From a virus (Duplodnaviria; Caudoviricetes): a stretch of 26,310 nt of DNA. Of the stretch, positions 10,855 through 19,692 are shown in pieces. The stretch is from positions 1 to 26,310 of IMG/VR virus record IMGVR_UViG_3300005805_000412. One strand, written 5' to 3'. A program made the translations under genes and the position numbers. Every line of letters starts with the position of its first letter. Position 1 is the stretch's first letter. Under the pieces are notes generated by a model. That model was not told the origin of the DNA. It did not search any database and saw nothing but the letters and a program-made list of their open reading frames with translations.

Positions 10855-13130
10855 TGTTAGAGCCAAATAAAAGTTTAGAAAATATTTTTGAAAATTCTGT
10901 AAATCTAGCAATTCAGAAAAATCACGAGTACCTTACACTAGAACATTTTTTGTTTAGTTTATTAGATGATAGTAAATTTGCAGAAATTTTAACTGCATTT
11001 GGTACGGACGTTTCTACATTAAAAACTGACGTTTTAAATTACATCGATAACAAACTAACAGAACTGACTTGCAATGATTCAGAACGACCAAAAAAGACAC
11101 AGACTGTAGAACGAGTGCTTAACCGTGCATTTACGCAAGTATTGTTCAGCGGTAGGCAAGTTATTGAACCATTAGACTGTTTTATCAGTATTTTTTCAGA
11201 AAAAAAGAGTTATGCACACTTCTTCGTTAAAAAAGCAAACATTGATAAAGAACAATTTTTGCATTTTGTTAAAAAAGAAGTTGACAGGGAAGAAACTGAA
11301 CTAGATACCGTAGATAAAAAACAGTTTAATCCACAGTTAGAAAAAGTTCTAAGTCAGTTTACAGTAAATCTTACTGCCAAGGCTAAATCTAAAAAAATTG
11401 ATCCTGTTATTGGTAGGGACAGAGAAATTGAAGAGCTACTATTAATTCTAGCAAGACGTGTGAAGTCTAATGCTATACTTGTTGGCGACCCGGGCGTAGG
11501 TAAGACTGCAATCGCCGAAGGGCTAGCCCGTAAAATTATTGAAGGTGATGTACCAAACTTTGTCAAAGACCACACACTGTACAGCCTGGATATCAGTGCT
11601 ATTCTAGCAGGAAGCAAGTACAGAGGTGATTTTGAAGAACGTCTCAAGGGCGTTATAAGTGCTATTGAAAAGAAAGGAAACTGTATTGTTTTTATTGACG
11701 AAGCACATATGATGAATGGCGCAGGGGCTAACACAGGTAATAGCAACGACATGGCTAACATGTTGAAAAGCACATTAAGCAAGGGCAGTATCAAATTCAT
11801 TGCCAGTACTACCTGGGAAGAATGGCGCAAATATTTTGAAAAAGACCGTGCGTTGATGCGTCGCTTTCAGCGTGTAGTCATCGACGAGCCCGATGAAATT
11901 ACTACCATTAAGATTATCAAGGGTCTAAAAAAATATTACGAGCGCCATCACAAAGTTAAAATTACATCTCAGGCTATTACGGATGCTGTCAAATACAGTA
12001 TCAAATATATGAGCGATAAAAAGTTGCCGGACAAGGCGATTGATGTGCTAGATCGCGCTGCCGCCAGATTCAAAATTAAAAACGAAGAGAATGGCGTGGT
12101 AGATCATGATGAAATTGTTTTTGAGATCAGCAAGCTTTGTAATCTTCCTTTGGAACAGATTGGCAATAAAGAAAGTGTAAATCTTGGCAGCTTAGAGAAG
12201 AACATGCGATCCACTGTTTACGGACAAGACAAGGCCATTGACAGCATATTGGATAAGATCTATATCAGCCAAGCGGGATTAAAGGTTCTTAACAGACCTG
12301 TAGGCAACTTCCTCTTTGTAGGACCAACTGGCGTAGGTAAAACAGAAGCAGCAAAACAACTAGCGGCAAATCTTGGAGTCAAATTAGTTAGATTTGACAT
12401 GAGTGAATTCCAAGAAAAACACAGCGTGAGCAAGTTTATTGGTAGTCCTCCAGGATATGTAGGCTTTGAAGATAACGCTGGACAGTTAATTACCAGCCTG
12501 CAAGAAAATCCTAATTGTGTGTTATTGTTAGACGAAGTTGAAAAAGCACATCCAGATGTGTTAACAGTGCTGTTGCAGATTATGGATAATGGTTTTATCA
12601 CTGGCAGCAACGGCAAAAAGGCAGATGCTAGACAGGCTATCATTATTATGACTAGCAATCTAGGTGCTGCAGACGCCGAAAAGAACGCTGTAGGCTTTGG
12701 TAGTTTGGAAAGAGATAGCGATCCTAAAGACGCAGTCAATAGATTTTTTGCGCCAGAGTTTCGTAACAGACTAGATGGTATTATAAGATTCAGCAAACTA
12801 GATCGTTCAACGATGGTTAAGATTGTCAAAAAGTTTATCGACGAATTAAATCAACTTGTAAAAGACAAAAATATTTCCATTAAACTTGCGGACAATGCTG
12901 TAGAATATCTTATCGACAAAGGATTTGACAGCAAAATGGGTGCAAGGCCTTTACAACGTACTATCGATGAAATGATTAAAAAACCAATGAGTAAAGAAAT
13001 ACTTTTTGGTAAGTTAATCAATGGGGGAGTTGTTGAGGTAGATGTAGATCAGGATAAACTAATTCTTAACATTTTAGATATATTGCCCGTAAAAAAAATA
13101 AAAGATGTTGTTGAAGAAAACATTAACTAG
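10854..13130 (+). CDS. clpA: ClpA-like Hsp100 ATPase
   Basis: Clp N-domain (HEYLTLEH), NBD1 (GDPGVGKT, KYRG, IDEAH), NBD2 (GPTGVGKT, GYVG, LLDEVEKAH), VGF loop for ClpP binding, GARPL. No ClpB middle coiled coil; 758 aa. Confidence 0.92.
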   Translation: MLEPNKSLENIFENSVNLAIQKNHEYLTLEHFLFSLLDDSKFAEILTAFGTDVSTLKTDVLNYIDNKLTELTCNDSERPKKTQTVERVLNRAFTQVLFSGRQVIEPLDCFISIFSEKKSYAHFFVKKANIDKEQFLHFVKKEVDREETELDTVDKKQFNPQLEKVLSQFTVNLTAKAKSKKIDPVIGRDREIEELLLILARRVKSNAILVGDPGVGKTAIAEGLARKIIEGDVPNFVKDHTLYSLDISAILAGSKYRGDFEERLKGVISAIEKKGNCIVFIDEAHMMNGAGANTGNSNDMANMLKSTLSKGSIKFIASTTWEEWRKYFEKDRALMRRFQRVVIDEPDEITTIKIIKGLKKYYERHHKVKITSQAITDAVKYSIKYMSDKKLPDKAIDVLDRAAARFKIKNEENGVVDHDEIVFEISKLCNLPLEQIGNKESVNLGSLEKNMRSTVYGQDKAIDSILDKIYISQAGLKVLNRPVGNFLFVGPTGVGKTEAAKQLAANLGVKLVRFDMSEFQEKHSVSKFIGSPPGYVGFEDNAGQLITSLQENPNCVLLLDEVEKAHPDVLTVLLQIMDNGFITGSNGKKADARQAIIIMTSNLGAADAEKNAVGFGSLERDSDPKDAVNRFFAPEFRNRLDGIIRFSKLDRSTMVKIVKKFIDELNQLVKDKNISIKLADNAVEYLIDKGFDSKMGARPLQRTIDEMIKKPMSKEILFGKLINGGVVEVDVDQDKLILNILDILPVKKIKDVVEENIN

Positions 13131-13782
13131 AAAACTCTTTTATAAAAAATATCCGTATAGAATAACCTGTAATATACAAGGTTGTTGGATATTACGAAGT
13201 TATGGCTACGAAAAAACTCAAGAGTTCTGTAGTACACAAAGATGGGAGTACAGTAATTGGAAACCTAATATAGATAGGGATAATCTAGCAGCATTTATGA
13301 CTGCTATAGATACACATAAATCTGCAGCCAAGTTTAGATTTAAGAATAATTTTTTTGATGTATATTTAAAAACAGAAGAAAAGTACAGAGAATTCCAATC
13401 TATACTACATCCTTGGATGACTGGAATTTGTGAACCAGAAAGTCAGCAAGAATTAGAGTTTCTTTTAGAAAAACAAAACAGTAAAAAGGTAATTTGTAAT
13501 AAACTTCCTCATGACTTATATAAGTTTAAAATACATCTGAGATATAAAACAGATCCTGAAATTAGGAAAAATTTTCTTGCGTGGTCTAAAAACTACGGAA
13601 ACAAAATTCGTATTCCAAAGCAAACTAGTCAGTGGTTAGAATATGACAGCAGATGGCAGTGGAGTCCTTTTTTATATGTGGCGGATAACAGCACTTTAAG
13701 CATGGTTAGTTTGTTTTTAAGTGGGTCTGTTACAAAAGTAGAAGAATATATACCTAAAATGAGCATAAATACTACTCTATAG
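13105..13782 (+). CDS. Hypothetical protein
   Basis: 225-aa ORF overlapping the clpA end; basic and aromatic-rich. Confidence 0.7.
   Translation: MLLKKTLTRKLFYKKYPYRITCNIQGCWILRSYGYEKTQEFCSTQRWEYSNWKPNIDRDNLAAFMTAIDTHKSAAKFRFKNNFFDVYLKTEEKYREFQSILHPWMTGICEPESQQELEFLLEKQNSKKVICNKLPHDLYKFKIHLRYKTDPEIRKNFLAWSKNYGNKIRIPKQTSQWLEYDSRWQWSPFLYVADNSTLSMVSLFLSGSVTKVEEYIPKMSINTTL
13766..13771 (+). promoter_or_regulatory. Candidate late promoter (CA)TAAATA
   Basis: CATAAATA upstream of AGGAG SD and GTG 13796, which starts structural-looking genes. Confidence 0.55.
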
Positions 13783-13795
13783 GAGAGTAGTATCT

Positions 13796-14230
13796 GTGCC
13801 TGCATTATCTCAAGGCCTACAATTTACAGTAAACGGTAGCACAAGCACCAGCGTTGTTTACCCTGCGGGCACTTCAACAGCGCAAATTTTTACCAGCACT
13901 GCTGTAAAAGCTGCAAATTTTTATGGCATCAATAATGCTGTACAAACAGTGGCATTCAAAGTTACTAACTTTATAGGAACTGTTACTCTACAAGCTAGTT
14001 TAGCCACTAGCCCCAACGAAAACGATTGGTTTTCTATTAATTTACTAGGGCAATCTTACTCTGTAGACACCACAGGATTAGTAAGTCAAGCTGTGAAAAA
14101 ATCAATCAGCAGCAACCTAGGTACATCTACTACAGAAGTTTATAATTTTGAAGGAAACTATCTATGGTTGAGAGGTAGAATTTCTGCATTTACTGCAGGA
14201 ACAGTAAATGGGATAACAATAAACTACTAA
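13796..14230 (+). CDS. Putative virion structural protein
   Basis: Thr/Ser/Gly/Asn-rich, beta-type composition; SD AGGAG; late-type promoter upstream. Confidence 0.6.
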   Translation: MPALSQGLQFTVNGSTSTSVVYPAGTSTAQIFTSTAVKAANFYGINNAVQTVAFKVTNFIGTVTLQASLATSPNENDWFSINLLGQSYSVDTTGLVSQAVKKSISSNLGTSTTEVYNFEGNYLWLRGRISAFTAGTVNGITINY

Positions 14231-14231
14231 C

Positions 14232-15803
14232 ATGACACAACAAATTATCAACATAGGCAGTGCAGAATTACAGGGCGATGGTGAGTCAATTCGATCTGCG
14301 TTTAATAAAGTAAATTCAAACTTTACAGAAATTTATAGTATATCACACACTGGAAATATTTCCTTTACCGGTACTGTAATGTACAGTAGTTCTGGTCTAA
14401 CAATTTCCAATCAAGGCACAAGCACAGGCGCTACTGCAGTTATTACGTTACCAAGCGACGCAGGCTATAACCTAAGTCTATTAAACAACTATGGAGTAAT
14501 AAGCCTTACTGCAGCAGCCGACCCCGGTTCACAAAAAACGTGGACATTTACCACATCTGGCTCACTAACTGCTCCAGGACACATTATACCAACTGAAAAT
14601 TTGTCTTATGATTTAGGCTCAACATCAAGTCAATGGCGTAGTCTCTATGTTGGTACAGGTACAATTTACATTGGTGGTGTTCCTATTACTGTTAATACAT
14701 CTAATAACACATTAATTGTTGGCGCATCATCTGGAGAATCAACAACGGCAACCAACCTTGCCACAGAAAGTTATGTTATTGATTATGTTACTCAACACGG
14801 CGGCGGAAATCAAGCAGTAACAACAACCTCTACTCTGATAAACGGAACATATACTGTATCGCTTTCAAATGTGGGGCTCACACAATTTCCTACTTACGGT
14901 GAAGGAAGTTTATTCATACAAGGCCCAGAGATTGGTTCTGTAAATTCAAGTATTGCCGTATCTGTGGCAAATGATATTATTTTAACTTCAAATATACTTG
15001 TAAGTCCGAAGCAATGGACATTTGGCACGGGTAGTAATATAACATTACCAGGTGGCGGAAATATCATAGGAGCCGACTATAGTATTGCTATTGTAGGCGG
15101 CAATGACGGATCATCAGCTTATGGTGATGTTAATATAACGACCAACAATCCATTTAGCACCAGCACCTGGAGTTTTGGAACTATGGGCGAGTTGACATTG
15201 CCCAGCGGTGGAGAAATAACATCCAATCAAATTACTAATGAAGTATTTGGAACTACAACAACTTCGCTGACATTGGTTCCTGGTGGTGCTACCGAACCTG
15301 GTCAGCGTTTAGAAATTTACGCAACCATTGGCGGTGAAGGTAATCATCTACATCTAACCGCAGGTGAATTACCTACTGAACTATATTTAGGCAATGATTC
15401 TCAATATGTTAAATTAGGCTCGATGGGAGATATAGAAGTCAGTGCCCAAAGCGGATTAACCCTTTGGGGTCAGGGTGTTATGTCTAATGCCTATTTAATA
15501 TTACCAAATAATGTTGATTCGTCGTCAACTAATGTAACATTGGGCAATGTCAACGGTGATGTTCTAATACAGGCATCTCAACCCGGTGATCCAGTTCCTC
15601 AAAATTGGTTCTTTAGCAGAGATGGTAGTTTAACATTTCCAAACGGTACTACACAAACCACAGCATTTACCTTAGTTTCAGTGCCGGCTGCGTCGACTTC
15701 AACAGGAGTTGCAGGGAACTTTTCTTACAATGAAAACTATTTCTATGTCTGTACAGCTACAAATTCCTGGCAGAGAATTGATTGGGATACGACTCCTTGG
15801 TAA
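14232..15803 (+). CDS. Putative baseplate/tail fibre structural protein
   Basis: N-terminus QIINIG....GDGESIRSAFNKVNSNF.EIY resembles T4 gp9/gp10-type N-termini. Has repeated WxF...G.LT.P motifs; Gly/Thr/Ser-rich. Confidence 0.7.
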   Translation: MTQQIINIGSAELQGDGESIRSAFNKVNSNFTEIYSISHTGNISFTGTVMYSSSGLTISNQGTSTGATAVITLPSDAGYNLSLLNNYGVISLTAAADPGSQKTWTFTTSGSLTAPGHIIPTENLSYDLGSTSSQWRSLYVGTGTIYIGGVPITVNTSNNTLIVGASSGESTTATNLATESYVIDYVTQHGGGNQAVTTTSTLINGTYTVSLSNVGLTQFPTYGEGSLFIQGPEIGSVNSSIAVSVANDIILTSNILVSPKQWTFGTGSNITLPGGGNIIGADYSIAIVGGNDGSSAYGDVNITTNNPFSTSTWSFGTMGELTLPSGGEITSNQITNEVFGTTTTSLTLVPGGATEPGQRLEIYATIGGEGNHLHLTAGELPTELYLGNDSQYVKLGSMGDIEVSAQSGLTLWGQGVMSNAYLILPNNVDSSSTNVTLGNVNGDVLIQASQPGDPVPQNWFFSRDGSLTFPNGTTQTTAFTLVSVPAASTSTGVAGNFSYNENYFYVCTATNSWQRIDWDTTPW

Positions 15804-15807
15804 AGGG

Positions 15808-15813
15808 TAAATA
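15808..15813 (+). promoter_or_regulatory. Candidate late promoter TAAATA
   Basis: TAAATA 5 nt before ATG 15819. Confidence 0.5.
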
Positions 15814-15818
15814 TACAT

Positions 15819-16220
15819 ATGCGTTTACATGAACTATTAAAAGAAGAAACTATACAAATTGGGGATCATTTTGATCTAGAATTAGGCGATTTAGTAATAG
15901 AAACCGTGGTTGTGGACCTAAACAACGACGGTATAGTTATTGCTGTGGATGATACCGCAATGACTTATATTAATTTAACAGAAGCCAAATATCAGGGACG
16001 CGAAGTACCGCTCGGTAAACCCATGGCCGGGGATGTTAAGAAACGCAAAGTTTATGTAAAAAAGCCAAACGGCAAGGTTGTCAAAGTAAACTTTGGCGAC
16101 AAGAAAATGCGCATTAAAAAATCAAATCCAAAGCGTCGTAAAAGTTTCCGTGCAAGACACAATTGCAAAAATCCTGGTCCACGCTGGAAAGCACGTTACT
16201 GGTCTTGCAGGGCTTGGTGA
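15819..16220 (+). CDS. Hypothetical protein; acidic N-half, very basic C-half (possible head-packaged DNA-binding protein)
   Basis: MRLHELLKE start, LTE^A site, then K/R-rich ...SFRARHNC...ARYWSC motif. Confidence 0.7.
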   Translation: MRLHELLKEETIQIGDHFDLELGDLVIETVVVDLNNDGIVIAVDDTAMTYINLTEAKYQGREVPLGKPMAGDVKKRKVYVKKPNGKVVKVNFGDKKMRIKKSNPKRRKSFRARHNCKNPGPRWKARYWSCRAW

Positions 16221-16223
16221 GTT

Positions 16224-16589
16224 ATGCTGTTAAAAGAATTTTTTGGAAAAAGCATTCAAGTACACAAGTCAGCAGACAGTAAAAGAGACGCTGGCAATGA
16301 TTTATTGAATAGACTTTTTTACTATACATTAGAACACGATAAAATTTTTAAGGAATACTTTTTTCCAATAGCTAAAAAAATTAAAAACGGCAAGGGTATG
16401 GGCAAAGATCAATGTTTAAAAGAATTTATGCCTATGGTAGAACGTAGTTGTATGGAATATTACAAAACAAACAAGATGACTGGTAAGCTTGGCAAAATAT
16501 TCCCCAAAACCCTTAGAGAAGAACTCTGCGAAAAATTGTATAATCACTATCACGAAGGCATTATCAACGACGAATATTCGGTAGGATAA
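16224..16589 (+). CDS. Hypothetical protein
   Basis: 121-aa ORF, MLLKEFF start, tight packing. Confidence 0.7.
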   Translation: MLLKEFFGKSIQVHKSADSKRDAGNDLLNRLFYYTLEHDKIFKEYFFPIAKKIKNGKGMGKDQCLKEFMPMVERSCMEYYKTNKMTGKLGKIFPKTLREELCEKLYNHYHEGIINDEYSVG

Positions 16590-16593
16590 TACT

Positions 16594-16797
16594 ATGGACT
16601 TGGCAGAATTACGCAAACTAGCTGGCGTAAACAGCAAACAGTCAAAAGAAATAAATAATGGTAGTAATATCAGCATGACTGGAATGGAAAAGTCTGCGCT
16701 GATGAAAAAGCATAATATTAAACCTGGTACTCCAGAATGGTTTCAACTGTGGTTTAGTAAGCCGTATTTAACGGGTGAAAAACCTATAGGGAAGTGA
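16594..16797 (+). CDS. Hypothetical protein
   Basis: 67-aa ORF with AGGA SD. Confidence 0.65.
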   Translation: MDLAELRKLAGVNSKQSKEINNGSNISMTGMEKSALMKKHNIKPGTPEWFQLWFSKPYLTGEKPIGK

Positions 16798-16798
16798 T

Positions 16799-17233
16799 AT
16801 GGAACGTTTGATTAAAGTTAGTAAAGTTGCTTTTGCCAGCGAATTTAGCTTTTATTTAAAAGCACATAATTTTCATTGGAACGTAGAAGGTTCTGACTTT
16901 TTAGAATACCATGATCTGTTTGGCAAAATCTACGAAGAAGTATACGGCAAGATTGATGACTTTGCAGAAAAAATTCGCAGTATCGGCAGTTATGTTCCCG
17001 GTAGTTATGATCGATTCAACATGCTTTCTAAGATACAAGATGAAACAAATGTCTTAGATAAGGATCAAATGGTAAAAGAGTTACTGCTAGATAATGAAAA
17101 GATGATCAAAATTTTTAAGTTTGCCTATGACGCAGCAGAAGCAGAAGGCGAACATGGATTTTCAAACTTCCTAGCAGAACGCATGGATGCCCATCGTAAA
17201 CACGGTTGGATGTTGCGAGCAAGTCTAAAATGA
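16799..17233 (+). CDS. dps: Dps / ferritin-like protein
   Basis: HNFHWNVEG..F...HDLF...YEE....DDFAEKIR ferroxidase signature; C-terminal HRKHGWML. Confidence 0.92.
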   Translation: MERLIKVSKVAFASEFSFYLKAHNFHWNVEGSDFLEYHDLFGKIYEEVYGKIDDFAEKIRSIGSYVPGSYDRFNMLSKIQDETNVLDKDQMVKELLLDNEKMIKIFKFAYDAAEAEGEHGFSNFLAERMDAHRKHGWMLRASLK

Positions 17234-17598
17234 GAGCTGCAGAATTTATACAAGAAAATGTAGGCAAGCTCCCAAAAAGATATCAAAAATCTGCTCGAGG
17301 AATTAGTACCTACGGAGACAGTCAAGGTGTCAATACTGACTATGTAAGCTATCGAGTAGGACTAGCGGTTGCCTGTGCAGATGGTGTCAATCCACTAGAT
17401 GTAGATTCTCTTTCGTGGTATGGCAAAATGAAAACTGCTCAACCCTATACAGAAATTGAAGCAAGAATGTTGGACCAAGCTTATCAAGCTACGGGCGCAG
17501 ATTATACTGATCACAATCCAGGATCAAAATTTAAAAGTAAAGAATTAGATAGTACTAATAGTGTAAGTCCTGTTTCAACATGGAACTCAAAATTATGA
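17230..17598 (+). CDS. Hypothetical protein (start probably ATG 17230)
   Basis: ATGA overlap with the dps stop; N-terminus MRAAEFIQE. Confidence 0.7.
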   Translation: MRAAEFIQENVGKLPKRYQKSARGISTYGDSQGVNTDYVSYRVGLAVACADGVNPLDVDSLSWYGKMKTAQPYTEIEARMLDQAYQATGADYTDHNPGSKFKSKELDSTNSVSPVSTWNSKL

Positions 17599-19214
17599 AT
17601 AAAGAATTTAAAAAAACTACCAAAGCTAACGAGGTAATTTATACATTGGAAGCAGCATCAGCAGGAGCTACCAGCTCAGCTGCAGTAGCAACAGGCCCAG
17701 TTGGCAAAAAAGGAAACTTATTGGTTCAAAGTAAGGATGACAAGCCAGTTGTACAGAAAAGAAATCCAGTTGCTGCCAATGTCAATGCCACAGTGGGTGG
17801 CGGCGGCAGTGGTGCTCACAAAGATCGTAAACGTGCAGAAAAGCGCGGAGAAGTTAAACATAAAAAAGATTTTCGCAGAGATGTTGACGAAAACATTGCT
17901 GAAAGAAAAGTTGATTTTAATTTTGATGCCAACGATATAAAAAGATTAGAACAAATTAAAGATATTGATACATTAAAAGCGCAGGCGCTTGATTTAATTC
18001 AAAGACCTAGCAAAAAACCAATGAAGCCAGAAAAGGTAGAATGGTTCAAGAATGTTCTAGCAAATGCAGACAGTCGTTTAAAAATTGTAAAACTCATGTA
18101 TGATTTACTGCTCAGTGGAGAAGGACATTCCGTAATAGGAAATAAATCTTCAACAAATCCAAATTTTTATAGACAGCGTTTTGGTGAAGAAGATAGTGTA
18201 AATGAAAAACAGAGATTAGATGCAAAATGCTGGAAAGGCTACAAAAAACAAGGAACAAAGATGAAGGGCGGGGTTCGTGTTAATAATTGCGTACCTAAGG
18301 AAAGTATAAATGAAGGATACGGCATGGGTGGTTATTCTACTGTAGTTGGTGGTGCACAGATTTCCAAAGCTGTTCCAGAAACTGGTGTGGATCCCGGATA
18401 CATCGATCAAGAAAATAGCATGACTTCGAGCGATCTAAAATCTCTGTACAAGCAGGCAGTGAGATTACGCGATCTAATTCAAAGAATGGGCGACGACACT
18501 ACTTTGGAGCCTTGGCAGCAAACAAAGATTGCCAAGGCTGCAGATTATGTGAATAGTGTATTCCGCAGTTTAGATGATGAATACAGCATAAGCGAAGCTG
18601 AGAAAAAAGGTTTGTGGGCGAATATTCACGCACGTCGTAAGAAGGGATTGCCACCGCGCAAGCCTGGAGAGAAGGGCTCTCCAACTAAAAAAGGATGGGA
18701 CGCTGCTGTTGCTGCTAGCAAAAAGAAAAAGGGTGTAGGCGAAGATAATCTAGCAGAATACGAAACTCACACATACACAGACAAAATGGGAAGAAAGTGG
18801 CGTGTAGACGACGAAGGAAATAAGGATTTAATCTACGATCCAAATGATCGATTTGGATCCAAATCTAGATACAGCGCGCCAAAACAACCAGAAGTTTACT
18901 ATTTCTACGCTGTTCCTGATGGCGCAGCTATGAAAGCATTTGATTTAGGTTTGAAGAAGACAAAGTCGGGCAAATGGTATGCTAAATCTCCAATTGATTC
19001 TGCTACTAAGGTATTTGGCAATCCTAGGAAATGGATGCCAAAAGCAGAAGAATCAATGATGCCTGCCAATCATTTTGCAGGAACCCCTAAAAATAAATTA
19101 GGTCCAGCTGCACACTTAAAAGGTAAAATGAAACGTCCTGCTCGACAAGGAGACCTAGTAGGCGGAAGCGCAGAAGAAAGTTTTGAAAAAAAAAAGATAT
19201 TGAAGAAAAGCTAA
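17595..19214 (+). CDS. Large modular, Lys-rich hypothetical protein (probable processed head/internal protein); possible -1 frameshift extension to 19360
   Basis: ATGA overlap at 17595. Short modules are separated by (L/I/V)-x-E sites. The ORF ends just after an A10 run. Confidence 0.75.
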   Translation: MNKEFKKTTKANEVIYTLEAASAGATSSAAVATGPVGKKGNLLVQSKDDKPVVQKRNPVAANVNATVGGGGSGAHKDRKRAEKRGEVKHKKDFRRDVDENIAERKVDFNFDANDIKRLEQIKDIDTLKAQALDLIQRPSKKPMKPEKVEWFKNVLANADSRLKIVKLMYDLLLSGEGHSVIGNKSSTNPNFYRQRFGEEDSVNEKQRLDAKCWKGYKKQGTKMKGGVRVNNCVPKESINEGYGMGGYSTVVGGAQISKAVPETGVDPGYIDQENSMTSSDLKSLYKQAVRLRDLIQRMGDDTTLEPWQQTKIAKAADYVNSVFRSLDDEYSISEAEKKGLWANIHARRKKGLPPRKPGEKGSPTKKGWDAAVAASKKKKGVGEDNLAEYETHTYTDKMGRKWRVDDEGNKDLIYDPNDRFGSKSRYSAPKQPEVYYFYAVPDGAAMKAFDLGLKKTKSGKWYAKSPIDSATKVFGNPRKWMPKAEESMMPANHFAGTPKNKLGPAAHLKGKMKRPARQGDLVGGSAEESFEKKKILKKS

Positions 19215-19372
19215 CTACTAACGATCCTATTGAAACTTGGAGGGACGTTTTCCTTCAAGCCAATCCAAATCAATATAGACAGTTCTTGAACAAAACTCCA
19301 GAAAAGAAAATACGCATGGCCAATAGAGCTAGATTTAGAGCAGTTAATAAAAATAAATGATTGCCTAAGTCA

Positions 19373-19401
19373 TTGACTTTAAATACAGATCAAGTTATTA
19401 T
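19373..19401 (+). promoter_or_regulatory. Sigma70-type promoter with TAAATA embedded in the spacer
   Basis: TTGACT (19373-19378), 17-nt spacer, TATTAT (19396-19401); TAAATA at 19380-19385; AAGGAG SD downstream. Confidence 0.65.
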
Positions 19402-19422
19402 CAATTAAAGGAGAATAATAAC

Positions 19423-19692
19423 ATGAGTAAAGTATTTGGCGCTCCCGAGCAAGCTAAAATTAAACAAATCGTATCAGAAGGCGTAACTGTAATGCAGGAA
19501 ATCTCAGATCTGCAGGAAGGTCTTAATGAAACAATTAAAGCTGTAGCAGAAGAGCTAGAAGTTAAACCTGGTGTAATTAAAAAAGCAATTAAGATTGCCC
19601 AAAAAGGCGAATGGGATCAAGTTCTCAGCGAGTTTGATGATTTAGAAAGCATTGTAGATATTAGCGGACACGGTTCTTCTAAGAATCCTTAA
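19423..19692 (+). CDS. dsDNA-binding protein, T4 DsbA/GapR-like
   Basis: 89-aa helical protein with IKAVAEELEVKPGVIKKAIKI pattern and an acidic C-terminal helix, similar in size and pattern to T4 DsbA. Confidence 0.65.
   Translation: MSKVFGAPEQAKIKQIVSEGVTVMQEISDLQEGLNETIKAVAEELEVKPGVIKKAIKIAQKGEWDQVLSEFDDLESIVDISGHGSSKNP

Noticed and set aside
10854-13130. ClpB assignment
   Set aside because: There is no middle coiled-coil domain and a ClpP-binding-type loop is present, which fits ClpA.
19237-19258. Hairpin TTGGAGGGA/TTCCTTCAA as a frameshift stimulator or terminator
   Set aside because: It lies about 40 nt from the slippery site (stimulators are usually within ~10 nt), contains G-U pairs and has no U-tract, so it is not supported as a feature.
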